A model generated the notes under the pieces. That model was not told where the DNA came from. It ran no database searches and saw only the letters and a program-made list of their open reading frames with translations. From an uncultured Acidobacteriota bacterium (GTDB lineage Bacteria; Acidobacteriota; Thermoanaerobaculia; Gp7-AA8), in NCBI GenBank assembly GCA_963822445.1, contig CAWGHO010000001.1, positions 1,504,001 through 1,568,000 of the forward strand: a stretch of 64,000 nucleotides of DNA, written 5' to 3'. Made by a program: the position numbers and the translations under genes. Positions 1 to 8,281 of the stretch are shown in pieces. How positions within the stretch are numbered: the first letter of the stretch is position 1; every line of letters starts with the position of its first letter.

Positions 1-1
1 C

Positions 2-454
2 GTGACTGAGCCGAAGAGGGTCGAGGATGTGATCGGGCTGATCGAGGCGCTCGGCGAGCTGCACGATCGCCGGGAACGGGCCGCGAAACTGGCGAATGAG
101 TTGCGCGATGCGCTTCGGTCGATGCCGCGGCGCGCGTTCACGTTCGCCTGTCCGATCTGGAAAGACCCCTGGATGTGGTGCGGCGGCGACACGTATGTCT
201 CGCGGCTCGTCGAAAGCGCGGGTGGGCGGAACGTGCTCGCGGATCGCGAGCGCTATCCGCAGGTGGCGCTGGAAGAGGTGATCGCGTTGCGGCCGGATGT
301 CGTTTTTCTGCCGGATGAGCCGTACGTGTTCACGGAGGCGGATGCGAAAGCGTTTGAGGGCCCGCGGGTCATCGGCCCCTTCCCTGGCCATCTCTTCACC
401 TGGCACGGCTCGCGGACGATTCAGGGCCTGCGGTTTCTGAGAGAAGTGGTCTGA
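2..454 (+). CDS. Periplasmic helical-backbone metal/cobalamin-binding protein (BtuF-like), 5' part outside window
   Basis: Motifs IWKDPWM..GGDTYV, RYPQV, PDVVFLPDEPY.F and FTWHGSR are typical of helical-backbone metal receptors. Confidence 0.75.
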   Translation: MTEPKRVEDVIGLIEALGELHDRRERAAKLANELRDALRSMPRRAFTFACPIWKDPWMWCGGDTYVSRLVESAGGRNVLADRERYPQVALEEVIALRPDVVFLPDEPYVFTEADAKAFEGPRVIGPFPGHLFTWHGSRTIQGLRFLREVV

Positions 455-522
455 ATCGCCCCGGCAGTTAGGAGAAGCGCCAACAGAAAGGGTCACGCAA
501 GGAGGCGCCGGGGCGATTCAGA
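450..522. repeat. 16-bp perfect inverted repeat between convergent genes (REP-like or bidirectional terminator)
   Basis: TCTGAATCGCCCCGGC (450-465) and GCCGGGGCGATTCAGA (507-522) with a 41-nt spacer. Confidence 0.7.
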
Positions 523-555
523 ACGAAGACAGACTATGCGATAACAGCATAAATG

Positions 556-1191
556 TCAACGTTCCAGAAGCTCCTCGGCCCAGCCCCGGATCGTCTCCTC
601 CACCGCCTCGAGCTGTTTGGTGAAGAAATGGTCCGCGCCGGTCACGGTCACGCTCTCGGCGTTGCGGATCCCCTGGACGAGTTTCTCGAGCTTGGCCGCG
701 TCGCCATGCTCGTCCTGCGTGCCGTGGATGAAGAGCATCGGCCGCTCGCAGGACCGGAGGTAGCTGAAGTCGTATTTGTTGACCGGGGTGCCGAGGAGGA
801 ACATCGCATCGACGTCGGTGCGCTCGCAGGCCACGCGGGTCGCGACCCAGGCGCCGAATGAGAATCCGCCGACGATCAGTTTCTTGTCGGGATGCTTGAG
901 CCTGGCCCACTTGATGGCCGCGGTGACGTCGTCCTGCTCGCCGTCGCCGTTGTCGAACTTGCCGCCGCTCGTGCCGACGCCGCGGAAGTTGAAGCGCAGC
1001 GTGGCCACGTTCGCGTTCTCCAGTCCGCGCGCCGCGCGAAACACGACCTTGTTGTGCAGCGTGCCGCCGCCCGTCGGCAGCGGATGGCAGATCACGGCGA
1101 CGGCCGCGGGATCCTGGAGCTCGCGATAAAGCGCTTCGAGACGGCCGGCCGGGCCGTAGAGATCGACATGACGCAGAGGTTTCGGATTCAC
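556..1191 (-). CDS. Alpha/beta hydrolase
   Basis: HPLP..GG.LHNKVV, RFNFRGVG.S, nucleophile GFSFG, HGTQDE and GADHFF. Confidence 0.9.
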   Translation of the reverse strand: MNPKPLRHVDLYGPAGRLEALYRELQDPAAVAVICHPLPTGGGTLHNKVVFRAARGLENANVATLRFNFRGVGTSGGKFDNGDGEQDDVTAAIKWARLKHPDKKLIVGGFSFGAWVATRVACERTDVDAMFLLGTPVNKYDFSYLRSCERPMLFIHGTQDEHGDAAKLEKLVQGIRNAESVTVTGADHFFTKQLEAVEETIRGWAEELLER

Positions 1192-1496
1192 GACAGCTTC
1201 ACCATCACTCGATCACCTTCCACTCGAACTTCATGCGTCGCGACGGAGATCTCCGGGTTTCCCGGACAGGCACCGGTCGCCAGGTCGAAGCCCCACAGGT
1301 GCCAGGGGCAGGTGATCTCGTCGCCGATCAGGTCTCCTTCAGCAAGCGGGCCACCACGATGGGGGCAGGTGTTGTCGGTCGCGTAAAAGCCTGAGCTCGT
1401 GTGGGAGATGGCGATGGTCCGGCCATCGACGACGCACGCTTTGATCCGGCCCACCGGCAGCTCGCTCACTGCCATGACTTCGATGAACTCGGGCAT
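1188..1496 (-). CDS. Rieske [2Fe-2S] ferredoxin
   Basis: CPHRGGPL...CPWH ligands; 102 aa. Confidence 0.92.
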   Translation of the reverse strand: MPEFIEVMAVSELPVGRIKACVVDGRTIAISHTSSGFYATDNTCPHRGGPLAEGDLIGDEITCPWHLWGFDLATGACPGNPEISVATHEVRVEGDRVMVKLS

Positions 1497-1499
1497 GCG

Positions 1500-1982
1500 T
1501 CAGCTGATCTTGCGCTGCTCGAGATCGTGTCTCGCCGCCGTGGTGTTCTGGTCTTTGTAGTGGTACTGCACGATCCCGTAATCGAGCGAGATGTTCTCGA
1601 CCGGCACGTCGCCGGGGCCGCCGGAGACGGAGTAGTTCGAAATGATGACGTGCTCCATCACCACCTCCAGATATTGGACCGGCCGGTTGCCGGAAGTGCC
1701 GTCCGAACGGAAGCAGGTCAGCGTCGCTTTACCGAACTGCTTTCCGCTCCAGCACGCCTTGAGCAGCTCGTTCGTGGTCCGGTCGAGGTACTTGGTGAAG
1801 CTGAGGTTCGCGTGGGATGCCTGCTCGACCGTCCCGCCGGCCGCGGAGCCGCGCGTCGGGCTGGTGGGCTGCGCGAATCCGTGGCTCCACGAGAGGACCT
1901 CGATCTCGCCCTGATGACCGGCAGCAGTGCTCGCCCCCGAGACCTCGGGATTCTCGAACCTGAGGTACATGTTCGTCGACAT
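1500..1982 (-). CDS. hcp: Hcp1-family type VI secretion tube protein (orphan)
   Basis: True start is MSTNMYL at 1982; GH.GEIEVLSWSHG, LSFTKYLD..T..L..AC.SG, YLEV.MEHVIISNYSVSG and PVENISLDY. Confidence 0.88.
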   Translation of the reverse strand: MSTNMYLRFENPEVSGASTAAGHQGEIEVLSWSHGFAQPTSPTRGSAAGGTVEQASHANLSFTKYLDRTTNELLKACWSGKQFGKATLTCFRSDGTSGNRPVQYLEVVMEHVIISNYSVSGGPGDVPVENISLDYGIVQYHYKDQNTTAARHDLEQRKIS

Positions 1983-1990
1983 GCGCCGGA

Positions 1991-3103
1991 TTAGATACGC
2001 ACCGGCCGCGGAATGCCACTCCTGCCAACCGCCGCGGTGCCATCCCAAACGCCGGGAATCGCAGTCGCGCATTCGGGGCACTTGCCGTCGACGAGCCTGT
2101 ACGACGTGACGCGGAAGCCAATCCGTCCGATGACCAGCGCATTGCACGACGGGCAGTGCGTTCCCTCCTTGTCGCCGAATCCGCCCGGAATGTTGCCCGG
2201 GTAGATGTAACGCAGGCCGGCGCGCTTGCCGATGTCGTACGCGCGCAGCAGATGCGACGCCGTCGTCGCGGGATTGGTCATCTTGTAATCCTCGTGGTAC
2301 GCGGTGATGTGCCAGGGGATGTCCGGATCGACGCCGGCCAGGAACTCGGCGATCTTCGTCAACTCTTCATCGGAGTCGTTGAATCCGGGGATGACCAGCG
2401 TGACGATCTCCACCCAGATCCCGCGCTGCTTGAGGCCGATGATCGTGTCGAGGACGGGCTGCAGGACGCCGCCGAGGTCGCGGTAGTGGCGATCGTCGAA
2501 TCCTTTGAGGTCGACCTTGTACATGGTGATGAAGGGCGCGATGTAGTCGAGAACTTCCGGCGTGCCGTTGCCGTTCGAGACGTACGAGCAGATCAGCCCT
2601 TCCTTTTTCGCCTCGCGGAAAACTTCCACTGCCCATTCCGAGGTGATGAGCGGCTCGTTGTAGGTCGAGGTGATGACCGTCGCGCCATGCTTTTTGGCGA
2701 TGCGCACCAGTTCCGCGGGCTCGACATCCTGCGGCGGCGCGATCGCGGCCGGATCGCGCAACGCCTGCGAGGTCACCCAGTTCTGGCAGTAGCCGCAGTG
2801 GTAATCGCAGCCGAGCATGCCGAACGACAACGCCAGCGCGCCGGGGTAAGCGTGAAAGAACGGCTTTTTCTCGATGGGATCGACCTGCAGCGCCGCGACG
2901 TAGCCGCGCGGCACGAGCAGCGTTCCGCCCTCGTTGTAGCGGACCTTGCAGATGCCTTTCAGACCGTCGGGGATTTTGCAGCGGTGTCCGCACGCGAAAC
3001 AGCGGACGGCGTTCTTCTCCAGCTTTTCGTAGAGCTCGCCTTCCACCGTCCGTTTCGAAAGGATCTCGCCCAGCGTCACCTGAGCCTGAGAGGTCGTGGC
3101 CAT
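1991..3103 (-). CDS. amrS: AmmeMemoRadiSam system radical SAM enzyme
   Basis: N-terminal CxxCxxxC...G.CKVR, DPIEKKPFFH, CDYHCGYCQN SAM motif, TYNEP, KVDLKGF and C-terminal CPSC/CPEC. Confidence 0.9.
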   Translation of the reverse strand: MATTSQAQVTLGEILSKRTVEGELYEKLEKNAVRCFACGHRCKIPDGLKGICKVRYNEGGTLLVPRGYVAALQVDPIEKKPFFHAYPGALALSFGMLGCDYHCGYCQNWVTSQALRDPAAIAPPQDVEPAELVRIAKKHGATVITSTYNEPLITSEWAVEVFREAKKEGLICSYVSNGNGTPEVLDYIAPFITMYKVDLKGFDDRHYRDLGGVLQPVLDTIIGLKQRGIWVEIVTLVIPGFNDSDEELTKIAEFLAGVDPDIPWHITAYHEDYKMTNPATTASHLLRAYDIGKRAGLRYIYPGNIPGGFGDKEGTHCPSCNALVIGRIGFRVTSYRLVDGKCPECATAIPGVWDGTAAVGRSGIPRPVRI

Positions 3104-3109
3104 GGCTGC

Positions 3110-4081
3110 TTAAAACAGCCGCAGGAACCGCGCCATTCGCGCCCGCCGCCAGGAAATCCACCAGCAACCGAGCGCGAGAACGAAGCCGGCCAGGCCATCG
3201 ACGAGGTAGTGCCAGCCGGTGATCATCGACCCGAGAAAAATGGTCGCCGCGAAAATGCCGAAGAGGACTTCGCCCGACGTCCAGAGCCGCCGCATCCACA
3301 AAAACACATACGTTTGAAAGGCGACGTGCAGGCTCGGAAACGCGGCGATCCCGAGCATCAGATGAATCGGGCCATGCTGCTCGCCGCGCGCGGCGCGGAT
3401 CACGTCCTGGTAGTTGCGCATCAGCACGGCCTGCAGGTACTGCGTGCGGGCGAGCACGTGGTCATACGCCAGCCAGACGTCGGGAAACCGATACGCGGGA
3501 CCGAGTGACGGAAAGGCCATGTACAACCAGACCCCCGCGATCCACAGCACGGCGTTGCCGTTCGCGAACGCAACGCGCACGCGGCGGCCGGGATCGGAGA
3601 AGAAGTAGCCCGAAGCGACGATCGTGCTGGCGTAGAAGACGTACGAATACGACCAGTCGATCGTCTTCAGAAAGGCCTCGTTGCCGAGGACGTCGAGAAA
3701 GAAAACGGTTGGCGCGAGGCCGAAGAAAACGAGCTGGTCGAGATCCCACAGTTGCTGATCGAAGAGCACGGGATGGACGACGGGCATGGCCAGCTTGATC
3801 CAGCCGTACGCGAAGAACGTGAGGCCGCCGGCGAAATTGAGGCGCAGCGTCTCCAGCAGCCACGGAAATCTCCGGAAACGCCGCAGATACTGTTTGCGGC
3901 CGGTCGCGAAGGCGACGATGACCCGGACGATGATGCCGATCACCGTGTAGATGAGCAGAGTCAGCGTGAGGGTGAGCGTCCACAACCAGGACGGCCGGAT
4001 TCCGGGGGCGTCACGGGTCAGGATGGCGATCGCGAGGATGTTCGCGATCGCCAGAATCTCCACAAAGTACAAACGCCTCAC
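3110..4081 (-). CDS. PAP2-family membrane phosphatase / IPC-synthase-like protein
   Basis: Multiple TM helices; PSLGP, AAFPSLHVA and GWHYLVDGLAG. Confidence 0.8.
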   Translation of the reverse strand: MRRLYFVEILAIANILAIAILTRDAPGIRPSWLWTLTLTLTLLIYTVIGIIVRVIVAFATGRKQYLRRFRRFPWLLETLRLNFAGGLTFFAYGWIKLAMPVVHPVLFDQQLWDLDQLVFFGLAPTVFFLDVLGNEAFLKTIDWSYSYVFYASTIVASGYFFSDPGRRVRVAFANGNAVLWIAGVWLYMAFPSLGPAYRFPDVWLAYDHVLARTQYLQAVLMRNYQDVIRAARGEQHGPIHLMLGIAAFPSLHVAFQTYVFLWMRRLWTSGEVLFGIFAATIFLGSMITGWHYLVDGLAGFVLALGCWWISWRRARMARFLRLF

Positions 4082-4088
4082 GCGGCGA

Positions 4089-4098
4089 AGATTACACT
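4089..4098. promoter_or_regulatory. Overlapping bidirectional -10 elements (AGATTACACT)
   Basis: + TACACT lies 7 nt before ATG 4106; - TAATCT lies 7 nt before GTG 4081. Confidence 0.55.
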
Positions 4099-4105
4099 CC
4101 GCCGC

Positions 4106-4882
4106 ATGTTCATCGAGACAACCATTCGGGATGGCGTGGCCACGATCACGCTGAATCGTCCCGAGAAACTGAACGCTTTCACCGGGACCATGCGCGAGGA
4201 TCTGCTGGAAGCCCTGCGCGCATGCGAGCGCGACGAAGCGGTACGCGTCGTGGTCCTCACCGGTGCAGGCCGCGCGTTCTGCGCGGGGGGCGACGTCGAG
4301 TACATGTCCGGCCTGCAGAAGAGCGGGGACGTGACCGCGTTCCGGAAGCTGCTCGACGCGGGTCGCGACGTCATTCTGCAGATCGCCACGATGCCCAAGC
4401 CCGTCATAGCCTCGATCAACGGCGTCGCCGCGGGAGCCGGCTGCAATCTCGCCCTGGCCTGCGATTACCGCATCGCTTCAGAGACGGCGAAGCTCAGCGA
4501 GAGCTTCGTGAAAATCGGCCTGCATCCCGACTGGGGCGGGACCTGGCTCCTTCCCCGACTGATCGGTCGCAGCCGCGCCGCGGAGATGCTGATGACCGGG
4601 CGGATGGTCGAGGCCGCGGAAGCGCTGGCCATGGGCATGATCGATCGTGTGGCGATGAATCTCACCGCGGAAACGGGAAGGCTCGCGGCGACGATCGCCG
4701 CGGCGCCGCCGATCGCGATCGCCGGCATCAAGCGCGCACTCGACGCCGCGGATCGCAACGACCTGCGCGCCCAGATCGAGCTCGAGAGCGAGCATCAACT
4801 GCGCTGCTTTCAATCGAGCGACGCCGCGGAAGGGATGGCCGCGTTCTTCCAGAAGCGCGCGGCCACCTTCAGCGGGCGCTAG
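4106..4882 (+). CDS. Enoyl-CoA hydratase/isomerase family protein
   Basis: TLNRPEKLNA, GRAFCAGGD, NGVAAGAG, ACDYRIA and GLHPDWGG; start trimmed to ATG 4106. Confidence 0.92.
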   Translation: MFIETTIRDGVATITLNRPEKLNAFTGTMREDLLEALRACERDEAVRVVVLTGAGRAFCAGGDVEYMSGLQKSGDVTAFRKLLDAGRDVILQIATMPKPVIASINGVAAGAGCNLALACDYRIASETAKLSESFVKIGLHPDWGGTWLLPRLIGRSRAAEMLMTGRMVEAAEALAMGMIDRVAMNLTAETGRLAATIAAAPPIAIAGIKRALDAADRNDLRAQIELESEHQLRCFQSSDAAEGMAAFFQKRAATFSGR

Positions 4883-5367
4883 TTCAACAGGAAGTACGGC
4901 GAAGTCCGTCCGGCGCTCGGCCGCATGGGCGTGCCGTCGACCGGACATTTGAATTCGCCGTCGTGATCGGTGTGCGGCACGCGCAGCATGGTCTGGTCTT
5001 TCGGACAGATGTAGTACGTGGCCTTCCGTCGAAGATCGGGGGAGGGCACCGGCAACGAGCCGTCGAGAGTCACTCCGTCGACGAGGATGCGATGCGGGCT
5101 GAGCGCCAGGCCCTGGGCGACGTCCTTCCACGTCAACTCCAGCACGCCATTCACCGGCTCGAGCTTGTACTCGTTCCTGACTCCCAGACGCTCCACGGTG
5201 ACGTGACGGATCTCGCCCTCGCGCCGGATGGTCACCTTCACGGACTCGTCGACGGTGAATACGTGCGCGATGCCCGGCGTGAGCTTGGACGTGTCGAAGC
5301 CGTACATACTCGCCGCGGCCTGAACGGTCGCCGCCGCAAGAAAGAGCACAAAAGCAAAAGCCTTCAT
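4879..5367 (-). CDS. Exported protein with C-terminal CPxD...CPxD heavy-metal-binding-like motif
   Basis: GGAGG RBS; signal peptide MKAFAFVLFLAAATVQA; YYICPKD...FKCPVDGTPM. Confidence 0.7.
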   Translation of the reverse strand: MKAFAFVLFLAAATVQAAASMYGFDTSKLTPGIAHVFTVDESVKVTIRREGEIRHVTVERLGVRNEYKLEPVNGVLELTWKDVAQGLALSPHRILVDGVTLDGSLPVPSPDLRRKATYYICPKDQTMLRVPHTDHDGEFKCPVDGTPMRPSAGRTSPYFLLN

Positions 5368-5390
5368 ACATCCTCCGTTTTGGAAGAATT

Positions 5391-7010
5391 CTACGCGCGG
5401 CGGACGATGACCAGGGTCTCGTCGTCCTTCTGCGGCGCTTCGCCGACGAAGTTCACGACCGCCGCGGCAATCTGATCGCGGATGAGCGCGGCACCGCCGT
5501 CGATGTGCTGCTCGAGCAGCGCCTCGAGCCGCTCGTTCCCGAACTCGTCCCCAGCCACATCCTCCGCCTCGGTGATCCCGTCGCTGTACAGCACGACGCA
5601 CGTGCCGGCCGGGAACGGGCGGGTCTGGGTCACGTAGTGAGTGCCGGGGAGGATTCCGATCGGCAGTCCGTGCGACTTGATCTGGTCGATCTTTCCGTTG
5701 CCGATCAGGTAGCAGGGATTGTGGCCGGCGTTCACGTACTGGATGGTCTCGTTCTCCGGATCGATGGCCACCATGATCATGGTGATGAACTTGTTCTCGG
5801 CCGACCAGTTGTGAATGTGGCGATTGAGCTCCGTGGCGATCTCGCCCAGGCCGCGGCCTTCGGCGAACAGCAGCTGAATGACGGCGTGCAGCGCGGACAC
5901 GAGCAGCGCCGCCGGCATCGACTTCCCGGCCACGTCGGCCACGAGCGTGGTGACCACGCCCTCGCGAACGAAGAACGCGTGATAGTCGCCGCCGACCTGC
6001 CGCGCCGGATTCGACAGCGCGGCGATCTCGATTCCTTCGACCTGGGGAATGGCCTTCGGAAGAATGTCGCGCTGGATCGTCGCGGCCAGCTCGAGGTCGC
6101 GCTCCATGGCCTGCTTCTCGAGGGCCTCGCGGTGCAGGCGCGCATTCTCCAGCGCGATCGCGACCTGATTGGCGAACAGTGAAAGCAGACGAAGCTCGTT
6201 CGCTTCGAACGCGCCGATGCCTCCCTCCCGCGTTTCCCGATCGGCCGCGGCCAGCACGCCGATCACGTTGTCGTTGCTGCCCTTGATCGGGACGCTGACG
6301 AAGGTCGTGCAATCGGGAAAGATGCAGTCGCTGCCGCCTTCGTACGTCAGCGGCTTGCCTTCGCGGATCAACTGCTCGGTCAGATCGGCATCGAGAAAGC
6401 TCTCCCTCACGTCGCCGAAGGACCGGTACAACTTGAAGCCGCCGGCTTCCTTCAGATAGAGCGAAGCCCGGCGCGCGTTGGTGAGCGAGATCATCCGGAA
6501 GAGGATCTCGTCGGCCAGCTCGTCGACGTTGAGGGTCGAGGCGATGGAGAGGCCGATGTCGTACAGCGACTCGAGCTCCCACAGCCGGTACTTGAGTTGA
6601 AAGTCCCCTTCCCGCGTTTCCTGCAGCAACCGCTGGTTGGTGATCAGCGTCGAGAGAAATGTTCCGGCCGCGCGCGCGAAGGCAATGTCTTCATCAGACG
6701 CGGCATCGCAATACAGCGCCAGCAACCCGACCGCTTCGCGTTGCGATTGCAGCGGCACCACGACCGACGGCACGGGCGACACGGAATCCTCGGCACGTCC
6801 ATCGAGGATCTCCGGCGCCACACACTGCTGTGATTTCGCGGCGAGTCTGAGCGGCGTGCCGCGCGACTCGCGCAGGTACAACGCACCGTCGCCGAAGGGA
6901 GTGTGCCGCGCGAACGCGTCGAGGATGGTCGGCCCCTGCGCCGTGATCGAGCCTCTCTCCAGTTGCTGAAGCTCGTGGACGAAATCTGCAAACCGTCGAA
7001 CCGGCGGCAT
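5391..7010 (-). CDS. GAF-domain PP2C/SpoIIE phosphatase (RsbU-like)
   Basis: GAF-like regions followed by VGGDY, VADVAGK, NAGHNP, YSDGITEA and KDDETL. Confidence 0.92.
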   Translation of the reverse strand: MPPVRRFADFVHELQQLERGSITAQGPTILDAFARHTPFGDGALYLRESRGTPLRLAAKSQQCVAPEILDGRAEDSVSPVPSVVVPLQSQREAVGLLALYCDAASDEDIAFARAAGTFLSTLITNQRLLQETREGDFQLKYRLWELESLYDIGLSIASTLNVDELADEILFRMISLTNARRASLYLKEAGGFKLYRSFGDVRESFLDADLTEQLIREGKPLTYEGGSDCIFPDCTTFVSVPIKGSNDNVIGVLAAADRETREGGIGAFEANELRLLSLFANQVAIALENARLHREALEKQAMERDLELAATIQRDILPKAIPQVEGIEIAALSNPARQVGGDYHAFFVREGVVTTLVADVAGKSMPAALLVSALHAVIQLLFAEGRGLGEIATELNRHIHNWSAENKFITMIMVAIDPENETIQYVNAGHNPCYLIGNGKIDQIKSHGLPIGILPGTHYVTQTRPFPAGTCVVLYSDGITEAEDVAGDEFGNERLEALLEQHIDGGAALIRDQIAAAVVNFVGEAPQKDDETLVIVRRA

Positions 7011-7037
7011 CGGAAAGGCAGGATATACCGGGGAGAA

Positions 7038-7391
7038 CTACAGGGCGAGTTGCTGCACGGCGGCTTCTTCCGTATCGAAGATGGCCGCGTAATTCGCCAG
7101 ACCCATGATGTGAAAGGTCTTGTGGATGACCGGGGTCAGGCAGCAGAAGGAGATCTTCCCTCCCCGCTCGATCATCTTCTCGATGATCTCGATGAGGATG
7201 GAGATGCCGATGGAGTTGACGATCTTGGTGTCGCCGAGGTTGAGGAGGAGGTTGTTGACACCCTGGTCCATCAGCTCGTAGGCGATGCGGGCGATCTCCT
7301 CGCCGCCGACGTTGTTGATGTAGCCCTTCGTGTACAGGATTGCGCCTGTGTCCCCCCGGCGCTCGACCCTGAGTCTCAATTCGTCCGTCAT
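7038..7391 (-). CDS. STAS anti-sigma-factor antagonist (RsbV-like)
   Basis: LLLNL..TKIVNSIGISIL with the phosphoacceptor Ser; FHIMGL; the start at 7391 overlaps the stop of the upstream gene. Confidence 0.9.
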   Translation of the reverse strand: MTDELRLRVERRGDTGAILYTKGYINNVGGEEIARIAYELMDQGVNNLLLNLGDTKIVNSIGISILIEIIEKMIERGGKISFCCLTPVIHKTFHIMGLANYAAIFDTEEAAVQQLAL

Positions 7392-7828
7392 TGCGTCTTC
7401 CCGTATTTCACCATGTGAATGGTCGTGCCGCCGTCGGGACTGGTCTCGATACCGACCTCGTCCATGTGTGCTTCGATGATTTGCAGACCCCAACCTCGCT
7501 TGTGAGCAACGCCGAGTTTCTGGCGGCGGGAACGGGCCTCGGTCACGTCGAACCCTTTGCCGCGATCGCTGATCCAGATGTCGATGCGCGGGTTGCCCTC
7601 GCCCAGAGAGGTGCCGACGATTCTTACATAGATACGTTTGTCTTCGCTACCGGAGTGCTCGCGCGCGTTGATGCATGCCTCGATCATCGCGTGGGCCATC
7701 TCGTCGATGGCTTCCGTGGGCATGCCCAGCTCCCTGGCGAGGTTGCCTGCCGCTCGCGCGGCGGCGATCTCGATATCCGGGACCATCGGGAGCGTCAGCT
7801 CCATCTGCCGCTCTGCGGTAGCAGTCAT
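7388..7828 (-). CDS. Anti-sigma factor / Ser kinase (RsbW-like HATPase)
   Basis: N box EACINAREH, G1 SDRGKGFD, G2 RGWGLQII. Confidence 0.9.
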   Translation of the reverse strand: MTATAERQMELTLPMVPDIEIAAARAAGNLARELGMPTEAIDEMAHAMIEACINAREHSGSEDKRIYVRIVGTSLGEGNPRIDIWISDRGKGFDVTEARSRRQKLGVAHKRGWGLQIIEAHMDEVGIETSPDGGTTIHMVKYGKTQ

Positions 7829-7856
7829 TAGCAGGATTTCCTCGGCGACTGGACGA

Positions 7857-8027
7857 TTAGAAAGCGAGGAAGAGCGCGGCGGCGGTCTTGATCCACCGAG
7901 GGATCCCGCCGAGTTGATCGAGCGCGAGCAGAGCGACGGTGTTGACGGCCAACACGCCGGGGAGGATGTAGCTGGCCGAAAGCGCTGATTCGAGCCGGGT
8001 GGTGCGTGTCTGCATGATGTTGTTCAT
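7857..8027 (-). CDS. Small (56 aa) membrane peptide, not in ORF track
   Basis: Hand translation [56 protein letters not shown]; RBS GAGGGGG precedes the ATG; directly downstream of a -24/-12 promoter. Confidence 0.65.
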   Translation of the reverse strand: MNNIMQTRTTRLESALSASYILPGVLAVNTVALLALDQLGGIPRWIKTAAALFLAF

Positions 8028-8060
8028 GGTGAGCCCCCTCTGTTGTCGGGACCACCCTTT

Positions 8061-8076
8061 CGCAACGCGGCTGCCA
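8061..8076 (-). promoter_or_regulatory. Sigma54 (-24/-12) promoter
   Basis: The minus strand reads TGGCAGCCGCGTTGCG (GG-N10-GC), close to the TGGCAC-N5-TTGC consensus. Confidence 0.7.
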
Positions 8077-8165
8077 CGCGTGCCGAACCAGCTCGATGCC
8101 TCCTAACCTTCTGACGCGTGCGCAGTTTACACGAGTTGACCGTTTTGTGAAGGCGGACTGGCTTG

Positions 8166-8281
8166 TGTTGCATTTTGGGACAGAGTCGCAAAGTCTCAAA
8201 GTCGCAGAGTCGCAAAGTGCTTTGACTCAAGTACTTACTAGTGTATGTCCCAATTGTCAGCAATTGGCGCATTTTGGGACA
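8166..8281. promoter_or_regulatory. Candidate enhancer (UAS) sites for the adjacent bEBP
   Basis: TGTCCCAAAATGCAACA (8166-8182, -), TGTCCCAATTGTCAGCA (8246-8262, +) and TGTCCCAAAATGCGCCA (8265-8281, -), about 90-200 bp upstream of the sigma54 promoter. Confidence 0.55.
8182..8218. repeat. 8-bp tandem repeat A(G/A)AGTC(G/T)C, about 4.5 copies
   Basis: AGAGTCGC AAAGTCTC AAAGTCGC AGAGTCGC AAAGT. Confidence 0.75.

Noticed and set aside
466-506. c-di-GMP-I riboswitch (GGTCACGCA similarity)
   Set aside because: It lacks the GGCAAAC/GAAA-tetraloop architecture and lies between convergent 3' ends, not in a leader.
1500-1982. Type VI secretion gene cluster
   Set aside because: Only hcp is present; no other T6SS component is recognisable.
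4879-6582. 567-aa ORF overlapping the phosphatase
   Set aside because: Only the last 162 aa (RBS plus signal peptide from 5367) look coding; the rest is an off-frame shadow.
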